From a bacterium (GTDB lineage Bacteria > Zixibacteria > MSB-5A5 > GN15 > FEB-12): a stretch of 64,000 nucleotides of DNA. The DNA lies in the NCBI GenBank assembly GCA_016708025.1, contig JADJGQ010000001.1, forward strand, positions 515,153-579,152. The letters run 5' to 3'. The position numbers and the translations under genes are program-made. A model generated the notes under the pieces. That model saw only the letters and a program-made list of their open reading frames with translations. It ran no database searches and was not told the DNA's origin. Each line of letters starts with the position of its first letter. Within the stretch, counting starts at the first letter, position 1. This document shows positions 36,986 to 45,889 of the stretch, in pieces.

Positions 36986-37633
36986 ATGCGCAGAGAGATC
37001 CCCCTCCTCATTACAGGTATCGCCGGAGTTGTTTTCGTCATTCAGTATTTCATTCCTCACTTTCCATTCAATCGTCTCAGCAACTGGTTCTCGGACTGGT
37101 TTTCGATCGTATCCGCCTGCGCTATCTGGCTTGGCGCGCTAAACCTGATCAAGATCTCGGTGGAGAAGATCGCATACAAGCGGCACGACTGGGGATATTC
37201 GATCATTGTAGTCGGCTGTTTCCTGCTCATGCTATTTTTTGGATTCATCCATTGGCAGGACTCGCGTGAACCGGGTCTGCCGTTCATCTGGATGTATGAT
37301 TACGTCTACACACCGCTGTCGGCGACGATGTTTGCTATCCTGGCATTTTTTGTCGGTTCGGCATCCTATCGTGCATTTAGGGCGCGCAATCTGGAGGCGA
37401 CCTTGCTGTTGTTGGCGGCCTTTTTTGTGATGCTTGGGCGCGTACCTGTGGGGGACGTATTGACCGGGTTCCTTCCCGAGCAATTCCAACTCTCGCAGGT
37501 GGCGGCCTGGATCATGAATTTCCCGAACTCCGCGGGTCAGCGCGCCATCATCATAGGGATCGCACTGGGGATCGTTTCGGCATCGTTGCGCATCATCCTT
37601 GGGATCGAGCGGTCTCATTTGGGAGGGGAGTAG
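36986..37633 (+). CDS. Module 1 subunit B: uncharacterised polytopic membrane protein
   Basis: ATG lies 2 nt after the A1 stop. About 5-6 TM helices. Motifs MRREIPLL, SASYRAFRARN, AGQRAIIIGIALG and LRIILGIERSHLG are shared with B2 and B3. Confidence 0.8.
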   Translation: MRREIPLLITGIAGVVFVIQYFIPHFPFNRLSNWFSDWFSIVSACAIWLGALNLIKISVEKIAYKRHDWGYSIIVVGCFLLMLFFGFIHWQDSREPGLPFIWMYDYVYTPLSATMFAILAFFVGSASYRAFRARNLEATLLLLAAFFVMLGRVPVGDVLTGFLPEQFQLSQVAAWIMNFPNSAGQRAIIIGIALGIVSASLRIILGIERSHLGGE

Positions 37634-37636
37634 CAG

Positions 37637-38638
37637 ATGAGCCGGCGGATTATTGAGATTCTGGTGATGGCATCGATCCTGGCAGTTACGCTGATGATCT
37701 ATATTGGCCGACGTAACGACTGGTTTGGGATCATTGAACTATCGACCGGAGCCTCAATTGTCGTAATACTGCTGTTGACGGCTGGACTTGGTTGGGTGAT
37801 GGTAAGAACGATCCAGGGACATCCGGCCGAACGAAGAATGGTCTTCCTGTTTATCGGCATCGCGATCACGGTTCCGTTCTTTATGTCACTTACGCAGAAG
37901 ATGTCGGTTTCGCCTGAGACCACGGAGCTAATGAACGGGCTTGAAGCGCTCCCTCCGGGTTCGCGAGTGCTGGTGACGTTCGACTACGATCCGGCATCGG
38001 CGCCGGAACTTCAGCCGATGGCGGAGTCATTCTTCCGTTACGCATTCGATCATCGGTTCAAGGTGATCATCATGGGGCTCTGGCCGCAGGGACCGACTCA
38101 GGCAAATCAGGCATTGGCAGTCGTGCTGGCGGATGAGAAATACAAGGCGATGAATCTTCAGTATGGGATCGACTATGTGAATCTCGGATTTCAGTCAGGG
38201 AACGAATTCGTTATTCAGCGGATCGGGTCCGATTTTCAGTCGATGTTCCGCGTGGATTTCAGCGGCACGCCATATGATCAGATCCCGTTAGTTAAAAATA
38301 TCAAGAATTTCTCCAATATCGATTATTCGTTCAATCTGTCGGCGGGGTATCCGGGGACTCGCGAGTGGGTCCTGATCGCGGTCGACCGGTACGGCCTAAA
38401 GATGGGGGCGGGGAATACAGCGGTGCAGACGACCGGAATGTACCCATATGTACGCTCGGGGCAGTTGATCGGGATTCTGGGCGGGATGAACGGGGCGGCT
38501 GAATTCGAAGAAGCCACGGGGTATCTGGGGAAAGGGACGCGCTTCATGCTGTCTCAGTCCTTTGCTCATATGATCATCATCGTTTTCATCCTGATAGGGA
38601 ATGTGGCGTACTTCATGCACGAGCGGAAGCGGAAGTAA
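37637..38638 (+). CDS. Module 1 subunit C: uncharacterised protein with TM helices at both ends and a ~250-aa soluble middle domain
   Basis: GGAGGGGAG SD. Extra N-terminal TM helices compared with C2 and C3. Blocks VLVTFDYDPASAPELQPMA, QLIGILGGMNGAAEFE and the C-terminal TM AHMIIIVFILIGNVAYF followed by a basic tail are shared with C2 and C3. Confidence 0.8.
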   Translation: MSRRIIEILVMASILAVTLMIYIGRRNDWFGIIELSTGASIVVILLLTAGLGWVMVRTIQGHPAERRMVFLFIGIAITVPFFMSLTQKMSVSPETTELMNGLEALPPGSRVLVTFDYDPASAPELQPMAESFFRYAFDHRFKVIIMGLWPQGPTQANQALAVVLADEKYKAMNLQYGIDYVNLGFQSGNEFVIQRIGSDFQSMFRVDFSGTPYDQIPLVKNIKNFSNIDYSFNLSAGYPGTREWVLIAVDRYGLKMGAGNTAVQTTGMYPYVRSGQLIGILGGMNGAAEFEEATGYLGKGTRFMLSQSFAHMIIIVFILIGNVAYFMHERKRK

Positions 38639-38639
38639 T

Positions 38640-39314
38640 ATGCAGACTGTGGCACCAACCTTCATCGAACATCTGGCGCTCTGGGTGGCCGCGTTCCTTA
38701 CGCTCGGGATCATCTCGTTTCTTTATCGTGACAATCTTTGGTACAAAGTATGTGAGTCTATCTTTGTCGGCATCTCGGCCGGCTACTGGTTTGTCATGCT
38801 GTTCTGGGATAACCTGTATGGCAAGTTCTGGCTGGGTGTTTTCCCGAATCCTGGGACGGAGCGAGCAGATGACTGGTATATGCTGTACGTTGGCGTCATT
38901 CTTGGGATCATGATGCTACTGCGACTGGTGCCGAAGATCGGCTGGTTATCGCGGTGGCCGCTGGCGTTCATTGTCGGCGCGACTGCAGGGCTGAACCTGA
39001 TCATCTATTTTGCGTCGAACGTCATGGTGCAGGTCGAGGATACGGTGCGACCGTTGTTTGGGATGGGGATGTCTGCCTCATTATATGACATTGTGGGAAA
39101 TATAGTCGTCGCGGTCGGGACTTTCACCTGCCTTATCTATTTTTTCTTTTCAAAAGAGCATAAAGGGGCTTTCGGAGCGACGGCCAAAGTTGGTATATTC
39201 TTTTTGATGGTGACCTTCGGGGCATCGTTCGGCTATACGGTGATGAGCCGTATGTCGCTGCTGATCGGAAGAATTGATTTCCTGCTGACCGACTGGTTGA
39301 GAATCATAGGATAG
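38640..39314 (+). CDS. Module 1 subunit D: uncharacterised polytopic membrane protein
   Basis: ATG lies 1 nt after the C1 stop. About 6 TM helices. Blocks ISFLYRDNLWYKVCESIFVG, YFFFSKEHKGAFG and FGASFGYTVMSRMSLLIGRIDFL are shared with D2 and D3. Confidence 0.8.
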   Translation: MQTVAPTFIEHLALWVAAFLTLGIISFLYRDNLWYKVCESIFVGISAGYWFVMLFWDNLYGKFWLGVFPNPGTERADDWYMLYVGVILGIMMLLRLVPKIGWLSRWPLAFIVGATAGLNLIIYFASNVMVQVEDTVRPLFGMGMSASLYDIVGNIVVAVGTFTCLIYFFFSKEHKGAFGATAKVGIFFLMVTFGASFGYTVMSRMSLLIGRIDFLLTDWLRIIG

Positions 39315-39316
39315 GG

Positions 39317-40564
39317 TTGGAACGAATGAAGATAACCGGCTGGAAGACCACTGTCATAGGAGCGCTGTTGCTGGCGCTGGCGTGGTCGTATGAGCTTTCT
39401 GCTCAGCCGCCGGTCCCCGACAGTGTACAGCTAGCCGATAGTGTGGCAATTCCCCCGCCTGCCCCAGCGACCTCTCTGGTTGCCTCCGATCATAAGTATG
39501 ACGATGCATCAGCGATCGAACTGAGCTGGGTACCCTCGATTGATGACCAGCTCATGGAGGGTCGGGTTACTGGGTACAAGCTGTACCGAACATCGTCAGG
39601 TGGTCAACCGAGGATGATCGCGGAGCTTCCCGCCGGATCGAATTTCTTCCAGGATGAGTCAGTCGATGGTGACTCCAGCTATAATTACTATATCGAAGCA
39701 ATTTCTGCGGGATCAGTCTCCCGATCGATCGTGACGGCCTCAATCTCTCCCGAGGCTGAATGGTTCAATTTCAATCGAAAATATCTATTCTTGATAGCCC
39801 TACTTGTTTCGGTGTCGGTTATCTATTTCATCGAAACGGCACGGCGGGGGAAAGCGCTGTTTATCCGGAAGATCGCCGGCCTCGAGGCAGTGGATGACGC
39901 TATCGGGCGTGCAACCGAGATGGGACGGCCGATCCTGTTCATTCCCGGGATCCAGGATATGGACAATCCACAGACAATCGCGGGGTTGACAATTCTCGGC
40001 CATGTTTCCCGTACGATAGCAGAGTACGACACCAAGATCACCATGCCGGTATCTCGATCGCTGGTCATGACCGCTGCGCGCGAGACGATCAAAACCTCAT
40101 ATATGACGGCCGGACGTCCGGATGCTTATAATGATGACATGGTCAACTACATCACGGACGAGCAGTTTGGTTATGTTGCAGCAGTTGATGGGATCATGGT
40201 ACGTCAGAAACCTGCAGCCTGCTTTTATCTGGGGGCGTTTTTCGCAGAGTCATTGATCATGGCGGAGACGGGGAATTCTATCGGCGCAATTCAGATCGCC
40301 GGTACGGCGATGCCAGCCCAGTTGCCGTTTTTTGTGGCGGCCTGCGATTTCACCTTGATCGGTGAAGAGCTGTTTGCAGCATCCGCGTACCTGTCCAATG
40401 AACCTAAGCAGTTGGGTTCATTGAAAGGGCAGGATGTCGGCAAAGGGGTGGCGATGGCGGTGATTCTGATCGGAGCGGTCGCGGCGACTGCCTCGGTTGC
40501 CTGGAACAGCGAATTGGCGACCTCAGTTTTTAACTTCTTAACCTCAGTCTTCCAGACGAATTAG
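39317..40564 (+). CDS. Module 2 subunit A (paralogue of 35703-36983)
   Basis: Signal VIGALLLALAWSYELSAQ. Fn3-like segment (AIELSW..YKLYR..YNYYIEAI). TM helix, then LFIRKIAGLEAVDDAIGRATEMGRPILFIPG ... PFFVAACDFTLIGEELFAASAYL. Start is TTG 39317 or ATG 39326. Confidence 0.8.
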   Translation: MERMKITGWKTTVIGALLLALAWSYELSAQPPVPDSVQLADSVAIPPPAPATSLVASDHKYDDASAIELSWVPSIDDQLMEGRVTGYKLYRTSSGGQPRMIAELPAGSNFFQDESVDGDSSYNYYIEAISAGSVSRSIVTASISPEAEWFNFNRKYLFLIALLVSVSVIYFIETARRGKALFIRKIAGLEAVDDAIGRATEMGRPILFIPGIQDMDNPQTIAGLTILGHVSRTIAEYDTKITMPVSRSLVMTAARETIKTSYMTAGRPDAYNDDMVNYITDEQFGYVAAVDGIMVRQKPAACFYLGAFFAESLIMAETGNSIGAIQIAGTAMPAQLPFFVAACDFTLIGEELFAASAYLSNEPKQLGSLKGQDVGKGVAMAVILIGAVAATASVAWNSELATSVFNFLTSVFQTN

Positions 40565-40571
40565 GCAGTCC

Positions 40572-41249
40572 ATGAAACGACAGATCCCGCTGCTTATAAC
40601 GTTTATTGTCGGTGCACTGCTGATCGTGTCGGTATTCGTACCTCCGCTTGAAGGGATGCAGGAAAACTCGACCCTATTTTTTGACATTATTGCGGTCTTT
40701 GCCTTTTTCCTGGGCGGTGGTAACCTGATCCGGATACATATGACGAAAGTTGCCCGCAAAAAAGGTGACTGGCAATATTCGATCGTCACGCTCTTCGGAT
40801 TCCTGTTGATGCTTTCAAGCGGTCTGTTCAAGATCGGGAATCCGGGTGATATCGCCGCACAGGTGGACGCCGCCGGCTCCTGGTTCCAGACGATCTTCTT
40901 CTATCTGATGTCTCCGCTCAATTCAACGATGTACGCTTTGCTGGCGTTTTTTGTGGCCTCAGCATCGTACCGTGCATTCAGAGCCAAAAATCGCGAAGCA
41001 ACGATTCTGCTGGTTTCAGCTTTTATCATCCTTCTGGGGCAAACGCCATTCGGCACGATGTTGACCAGTTGGATGCCGGAGAAGTTTTCGGTCCTCGAGA
41101 TCCCGAATATGGCCGTCTGGGTGATGAGTTCGCCCAACCTGGCGGGACAGCGAGCGATCCTGATCGGGATTGGTCTTGGTGTGGTCGGTATGGCGCTCCG
41201 CATTATTCTTGGGATCGAACGAACCTATCTTGGGGAGGATAAGGGATGA
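40572..41249 (+). CDS. Module 2 subunit B
   Basis: MKRQIPLLITF..., SASYRAFRAKN, AGQRAILIGIGLG and LRIILGIERTYLG. Polytopic. Confidence 0.8.
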   Translation: MKRQIPLLITFIVGALLIVSVFVPPLEGMQENSTLFFDIIAVFAFFLGGGNLIRIHMTKVARKKGDWQYSIVTLFGFLLMLSSGLFKIGNPGDIAAQVDAAGSWFQTIFFYLMSPLNSTMYALLAFFVASASYRAFRAKNREATILLVSAFIILLGQTPFGTMLTSWMPEKFSVLEIPNMAVWVMSSPNLAGQRAILIGIGLGVVGMALRIILGIERTYLGEDKG

Positions 41250-42190
41250 TGGCACCAATACTCCCTCTGTCGCTCTTCCAGCCAGGCGTGATCATCTCGC
41301 TGGCGGTTATCGGTCTTGGTCTTGCATACCTGCTCCGACGGACATTGCTCGGGAAAGAGGTCGACCGCAAAGTCATCTTCGCTTTCATCTTTGTCGCAGT
41401 GGCGACACCGATCCTGTTCCCGATCACGTTTGAGGTCAAGGCGACCCCCATTGCGAAAGCTCTGTTTGACAAGATCGAGAGCCTGCCGGAAGGGACCAAG
41501 ATCATGATCTCATATGATTTTGATCCCGCCATGGCCCCCGAAGTCTTGCCGGCGGCAAACGCGGTGGTGCGGCACTGCATGCAGAAGAATCTTCGAGTGA
41601 CGTTCATCGCGATCTGGGCGACCGGTCAGTCCCTGTTGAATCAGACCCTGCAACAAGTAGTGCGAGTGGAATTCCCCGAAAAACGGGAGGGAATCGACTG
41701 GTGTAATATTGGCTACAAGGCCGGGAACGAAGGAGTCATGAACGTGATCGTGACCAATCTTCGCAAGATGTTCCCGACCGATGTCAACAGTCGTCCGCTC
41801 GACAGCCTCGATATCCTTAATGGCATTCTGAGTTGCCGTGATTTCAAGTTGATAGTCTCATTCGGCGGTGGACAGCCAGGACCGAAAGAGTGGATTCTCT
41901 ATGTCGGAGACCCGGGGAATGTGCCGATCGGTGCGGGAACCGCGGCGGTCTCCGCGCCGCAGTTATATGCCTATTATCCAAAGCAGTTGATCGGACTGTT
42001 GGGCGGAGTCAAAGGGGCTGCCGAATACGAATTTGAACTGCTCACCAAGTACCCTCGCTTCAAAGAAGTTGATGCACCAGGCATCAGGATGATGGGGCCG
42101 CAGACATTGGCGCATGTGGTGATCATTGCGTTTATCGTGCTCGGAAATATCGCGTTCATGCGCGGGCGGCGGAAAGAGGGGGACAAGTGA
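41246..42190 (+). CDS. Module 2 subunit C
   Basis: The start overlaps the B2 stop (ATGATG). Blocks IMISYDFDPAMAPEVLPAA, QLIGLLGGVKGAAEYE and the C-terminal TM AHVVIIAFIVLGNIAF plus a basic tail are present. Confidence 0.8.
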   Translation: MMAPILPLSLFQPGVIISLAVIGLGLAYLLRRTLLGKEVDRKVIFAFIFVAVATPILFPITFEVKATPIAKALFDKIESLPEGTKIMISYDFDPAMAPEVLPAANAVVRHCMQKNLRVTFIAIWATGQSLLNQTLQQVVRVEFPEKREGIDWCNIGYKAGNEGVMNVIVTNLRKMFPTDVNSRPLDSLDILNGILSCRDFKLIVSFGGGQPGPKEWILYVGDPGNVPIGAGTAAVSAPQLYAYYPKQLIGLLGGVKGAAEYEFELLTKYPRFKEVDAPGIRMMGPQTLAHVVIIAFIVLGNIAFMRGRRKEGDK

Positions 42191-43023
42191 GCAGATTGGC
42201 CTTGATCGTGACCGCCTGCATTCTCGTGCTGTTTGCGGTAAGTTGGATAGTCAAAGGGATGCAGGCCAGTGATGCCGAGGTAGACAACTATATCCTTCGC
42301 GGATTCCTTGTCACCTGTTCGGCATTCCTGACTCTGGCGATCTTGTCGTTCCTCTATAAAGACAATCCGTTTTACAAATTCGCTGAACATCTGTATGTGG
42401 GGATATCGGCAGGGTACTGGATGTCGCAGGGGTTCTGGTCGACTATCGTCGGCAACCTGATCCCGCGACTGTCCGAGTCACTCTCCGGATTTTTCAAGCA
42501 GCCCTACAATGCAGGGGAGTGGGTCGGCGGATTCTTCTATACGAACTGGATGTATTTCATTCCGGTGATCTTCGGCATCTTATTGCTGATGCGGCTCTCA
42601 TCCAAATATGGGTACATCTCGCGCTGGGCGCTAGCGTTCATTATCGGGACGACTGCTGGATTGCAGTTCATTCGATATCTGCGCTCGGATTTCATAGAGC
42701 AGATATCGTCCACGTTTGTCCCGTTGCTGGTAGACTGGCAGGGGATAGGGCATTTCTTCTCGAACTTCTCACTGTCCGCGACGGGTCAATTTGTGATGAT
42801 GGTCAGTAATTGGATCATCTTCCTTGGCGTGCTCTGCGGATTGGTTTATTTCTTTTTCTCAAAAGAGCACACAGGGCTCTTTGGGAAAGCGTCACGCTTC
42901 GGCATCTGGATACTGATGGTGACGTTTGGCGCTTCATTTGGCTATACGGTGATGGGACGTGTCTCACTATTAGTGGGTCGGATCACGTTCCTGTTCCGAG
43001 ATTGGTTGGGAATTACAAGCTAA
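42187..43023 (+). CDS. Module 2 subunit D
   Basis: The GTG start overlaps the C2 stop. Blocks LSFLYKDNPFYKFAEHLYVG, YFFFSKEHTGLFG and FGASFGYTVMGRVSLLVGRITFL are present. Confidence 0.8.
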   Translation: MSRLALIVTACILVLFAVSWIVKGMQASDAEVDNYILRGFLVTCSAFLTLAILSFLYKDNPFYKFAEHLYVGISAGYWMSQGFWSTIVGNLIPRLSESLSGFFKQPYNAGEWVGGFFYTNWMYFIPVIFGILLLMRLSSKYGYISRWALAFIIGTTAGLQFIRYLRSDFIEQISSTFVPLLVDWQGIGHFFSNFSLSATGQFVMMVSNWIIFLGVLCGLVYFFFSKEHTGLFGKASRFGIWILMVTFGASFGYTVMGRVSLLVGRITFLFRDWLGITS

Positions 43024-43052
43024 TGATATTGCAACCGGGAAACGGAGGAAGA

Positions 43053-44324
43053 ATGACCTTCACACTCCGACTTGCTTTGCTTTTTCTGCTTCTGACGTGC
43101 GCCGTCGCGGCGCAAACAGACGCACCGGTGGACACTGCGACGATGGCGGATACAGCCGCTATGGCTTCGCCAGTGCCGACCTTCCCCCCACCTGCTCCAG
43201 TAACTGGGCTAACGGCAGCCGACTCGCCGGATGATCATGGTCACTCGATCATGTTGTCCTGGCAGCCATCGGCTGATGATGGTCAGGGTTCTGGTTCGGT
43301 GGTGATGTATGTGATCTATTCCAGTCTCTCACTGGATGGACCGTTCGACAGCGTGGGAAATGCGGTTTCCGGAGCCAGGTCATTTGTCCATTCAAGTGCA
43401 AAGGACAAAGAAGCGCCTGGATTCATTGCCGATCATGTCGACCGCTATTATCGCGTCGAAGCGGTTACTGCGGATCCGACTGTTCGGACAACGTCGACGA
43501 CTTTTGGCCCAGTGCAATCGAGCGGCCAATGGTACAACAGTGGACGTACACCGGTGTTGTTCGCGGTGCTGATCTTTGGTGCATTGGCGCTTTATTTCCT
43601 GAATCAGGCAAAACGCGGTACGGACCTGTATGTTCGCCCACTGGGCGGCATTGAGGCGGTCGATGAAGCGATCGGACGTGCCACTGAAATGGGGAAACCG
43701 ATCCTGTATGTGCTTGGATTGGGAACGGCGTCAGACATTTCGACGATCGCGTCATTTACGATTCTCGGTCGTGTGGCCAAACGCGTTGCCGAATACCAGA
43801 CCCACCTGATCGTGCCGTGTTATGACCCGATCGTGATGGCGGTGGCACAGGAGACGGTCAAGGCGGCCTACATGGATGCTGGCCGACCGGACGATTACAA
43901 AGAAGACATGGTCTACTTCCTGACCAATTCGCAGTTTGGCTATGTTGGTGCGGTCAATGGGATCATGCTCCGGCAGCTCCCCGCCACTAACGTTTATATG
44001 GGCAAGTTCTACGCGGAGTCGCTGCTTCTGGCAGAGACCGGCGCGCTGGCTGGTTCGATTCAGATCGCTGGAACGGATGAGGTAGCGCAGATTCCGTTCT
44101 TTGTAGTGGCGTGCGATTACACGCTGATCGGCGAGGAGCTGTATGCGGCCTCGGCCTATCTCGGTCGTGAACCGCTTTTGCTTGGTTCGCTGAAAGCGCA
44201 GGACTACGCCAAAGCCGCTGTCATTATATTGGCCCTCGTCGGTGCAATCCTGTTGAATTTCTCCGATGGGTCAACGGGAAGCTGGCTAACGGGATTCAAG
44301 GACCTCTTTAAGGTGGCCAACTGA
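43053..44324 (+). CDS. Module 3 subunit A (most divergent paralogue)
   Basis: GGAGGAAGA precedes ATG 43053. Signal MTFTLRLALLFLLLTCAVAAQ. Fn3-like segment (HSIMLSW..YVIYS..YYRVEAV). Then LYVRPLGGIEAVDEAIGRATEMGKPILYV ... PFFVVACDYTLIGEELYAASAYL. The track ORF start at 42810 overlaps D2 and is rejected. Confidence 0.8.
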   Translation: MTFTLRLALLFLLLTCAVAAQTDAPVDTATMADTAAMASPVPTFPPPAPVTGLTAADSPDDHGHSIMLSWQPSADDGQGSGSVVMYVIYSSLSLDGPFDSVGNAVSGARSFVHSSAKDKEAPGFIADHVDRYYRVEAVTADPTVRTTSTTFGPVQSSGQWYNSGRTPVLFAVLIFGALALYFLNQAKRGTDLYVRPLGGIEAVDEAIGRATEMGKPILYVLGLGTASDISTIASFTILGRVAKRVAEYQTHLIVPCYDPIVMAVAQETVKAAYMDAGRPDDYKEDMVYFLTNSQFGYVGAVNGIMLRQLPATNVYMGKFYAESLLLAETGALAGSIQIAGTDEVAQIPFFVVACDYTLIGEELYAASAYLGREPLLLGSLKAQDYAKAAVIILALVGAILLNFSDGSTGSWLTGFKDLFKVAN

Positions 44325-44340
44325 AGAGGAGACGGATGAG

Positions 44341-45000
44341 ATGAAACGACAAATACCCTTATTGTTAGTGCTGGTATTCGGCCTCTTCATGGTCTTTCAA
44401 TACTTTGTTCCCCATGAATCGTCTGAATTCCTCTACGAATACTTGCTCGACTGGATCACCATCATTGGTATTTTTGCCCTGGTGCTGGGGATCTGGTCTT
44501 TGTTCAAAGTGAACATGGAAAAGATCACGCAAAAGAAACCAGACCGCGGATTCTCGATAGTCCTGCTGGTCAGCTTGTTTGCGACCATGTTTTTCGGATT
44601 TTTCGCCAAGGTTGACGGGTCATGGGGACTGCACTTCAGTACCGCTGAAGGACTGCAGAGCTACATGTACCGTCACGCGTACGAGTACATCATTCGACCT
44701 ATCCAATCGACGATCTTCTCGCTGCTGGCCTTCTTTATTGCGTCAGCGGCGTACCGGGCCTTCCGCGCTCGCAACGTTCTGGCAAGCCTGCTGCTGGTCG
44801 CCGCATTGATAGTGATGCTTCGCTTTAATCCATACCTCGGGTTCTTCGGTGACTATATCAGCGACGCGGCCAACTGGCTGCTGAATGTGCCAAACCTTGC
44901 CGCAAAACGAGCGATCGTTATCGGAATCGGGCTTGGCATGGTGGCGACGGCGCTGAAGGTAATTCTGGGGATTGAACGAAGCTACATGGGGAAGGGATAA
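44341..45000 (+). CDS. Module 3 subunit B
   Basis: MKRQIPLLLVL..., SAAYRAFRARN, AAKRAIVIGIGLG and LKVILGIERSYMG. Polytopic. Confidence 0.8.
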   Translation: MKRQIPLLLVLVFGLFMVFQYFVPHESSEFLYEYLLDWITIIGIFALVLGIWSLFKVNMEKITQKKPDRGFSIVLLVSLFATMFFGFFAKVDGSWGLHFSTAEGLQSYMYRHAYEYIIRPIQSTIFSLLAFFIASAAYRAFRARNVLASLLLVAALIVMLRFNPYLGFFGDYISDAANWLLNVPNLAAKRAIVIGIGLGMVATALKVILGIERSYMGKG

Positions 45001-45012
45001 GGAGGTCGAACG

Positions 45013-45888
45013 ATGAATATATTCGAAAAAATGATGTCGATCGACCGCCGCTGGGTTTTTCTGCTGCTGGCTGTGGTAGTGATCGGAACATATGCGGTCT
45101 CATTCGAGATCCCGATCCGGGTGAACAGTGAAGTGCGAAACATTTACGAGTTCATTGACAAACTTCAACCCGGTGAGATCGTGTATTTGGGGGTCGATTA
45201 CGACCCTTCAAATCAGGCAGAATTGCATCCGATGGCCTATGCGGTCATGGAGCATTGTTTCCGCAAGAAACTCAAGATCATCTTCTGCACCCTTTCGCAG
45301 TATGGTCCGGGGATGGTTGATGGCGCGATCAAGGATATCACCGATTCCATGCGAGTCGAGAAGACCTACCATGGCGTCACATATCCGGGTCGAGAACTGG
45401 TGAACGGCGAAGACTATGTCTTCCTTGGTTACAAGGCGTATTTCGCGCTGCAGATCCTGGCGATGGGCCAGAATTTCAGACTTCCATTCCCAGTGGACTA
45501 TTACGGCAGACCGCTGGATGAGCGTCCGATGATGAAGGGGGTCATGAATTACAAACAGGTTGCGTGTGTGGTCGCACTTTCCGGCGGCAATATCACGGAG
45601 GCCTGGATCTCATACGGGCAGGGGAGATTCAATTTCCCGCTCGCTTTGGGGACGACCGGCGTTATGGCAGCGGATTACTATCCCTACCTCAACTCCGGAC
45701 AGGTGTTTGGTTTGATGGGAGGACTGCTGGGCGCCGCGCAGTATGAGAAGCTGTCGGATAACCCTGGTCCGGCGATCGACGGGATGCGGGTGCAGGTGTT
45801 CGCTCACATCGTGATCATCGTGTTCATCATCATTGGCAATATCGGCTACTTCACTGAGCGCCGACGCAGAGCGAAGGAAGGCAGGTAA
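45013..45888 (+). CDS. Module 3 subunit C
   Basis: AAGGAGG SD. N-terminal TM WVFLLLAVVVIGTYAV. Blocks VYLGVDYDPSNQAELHPMA, QVFGLMGGLLGAAQYE and the C-terminal TM AHIVIIVFIIIGNIGYF plus a basic tail are present. Confidence 0.8.
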   Translation: MNIFEKMMSIDRRWVFLLLAVVVIGTYAVSFEIPIRVNSEVRNIYEFIDKLQPGEIVYLGVDYDPSNQAELHPMAYAVMEHCFRKKLKIIFCTLSQYGPGMVDGAIKDITDSMRVEKTYHGVTYPGRELVNGEDYVFLGYKAYFALQILAMGQNFRLPFPVDYYGRPLDERPMMKGVMNYKQVACVVALSGGNITEAWISYGQGRFNFPLALGTTGVMAADYYPYLNSGQVFGLMGGLLGAAQYEKLSDNPGPAIDGMRVQVFAHIVIIVFIIIGNIGYFTERRRRAKEGR

Positions 45889-45889
45889 T

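Noticed and set aside
42810-43052. 5' extension of the module 3 subunit A ORF (track start 42810). Similar extensions occur at 38601-38639 and 45833-45889 for the D genes.
   Set aside because: The extensions overlap the conserved C-termini of the preceding genes in another frame. Downstream ATGs give proper signal/TM N-termini, are preceded by an SD or abut the previous stop, and match the paralogue N-termini.
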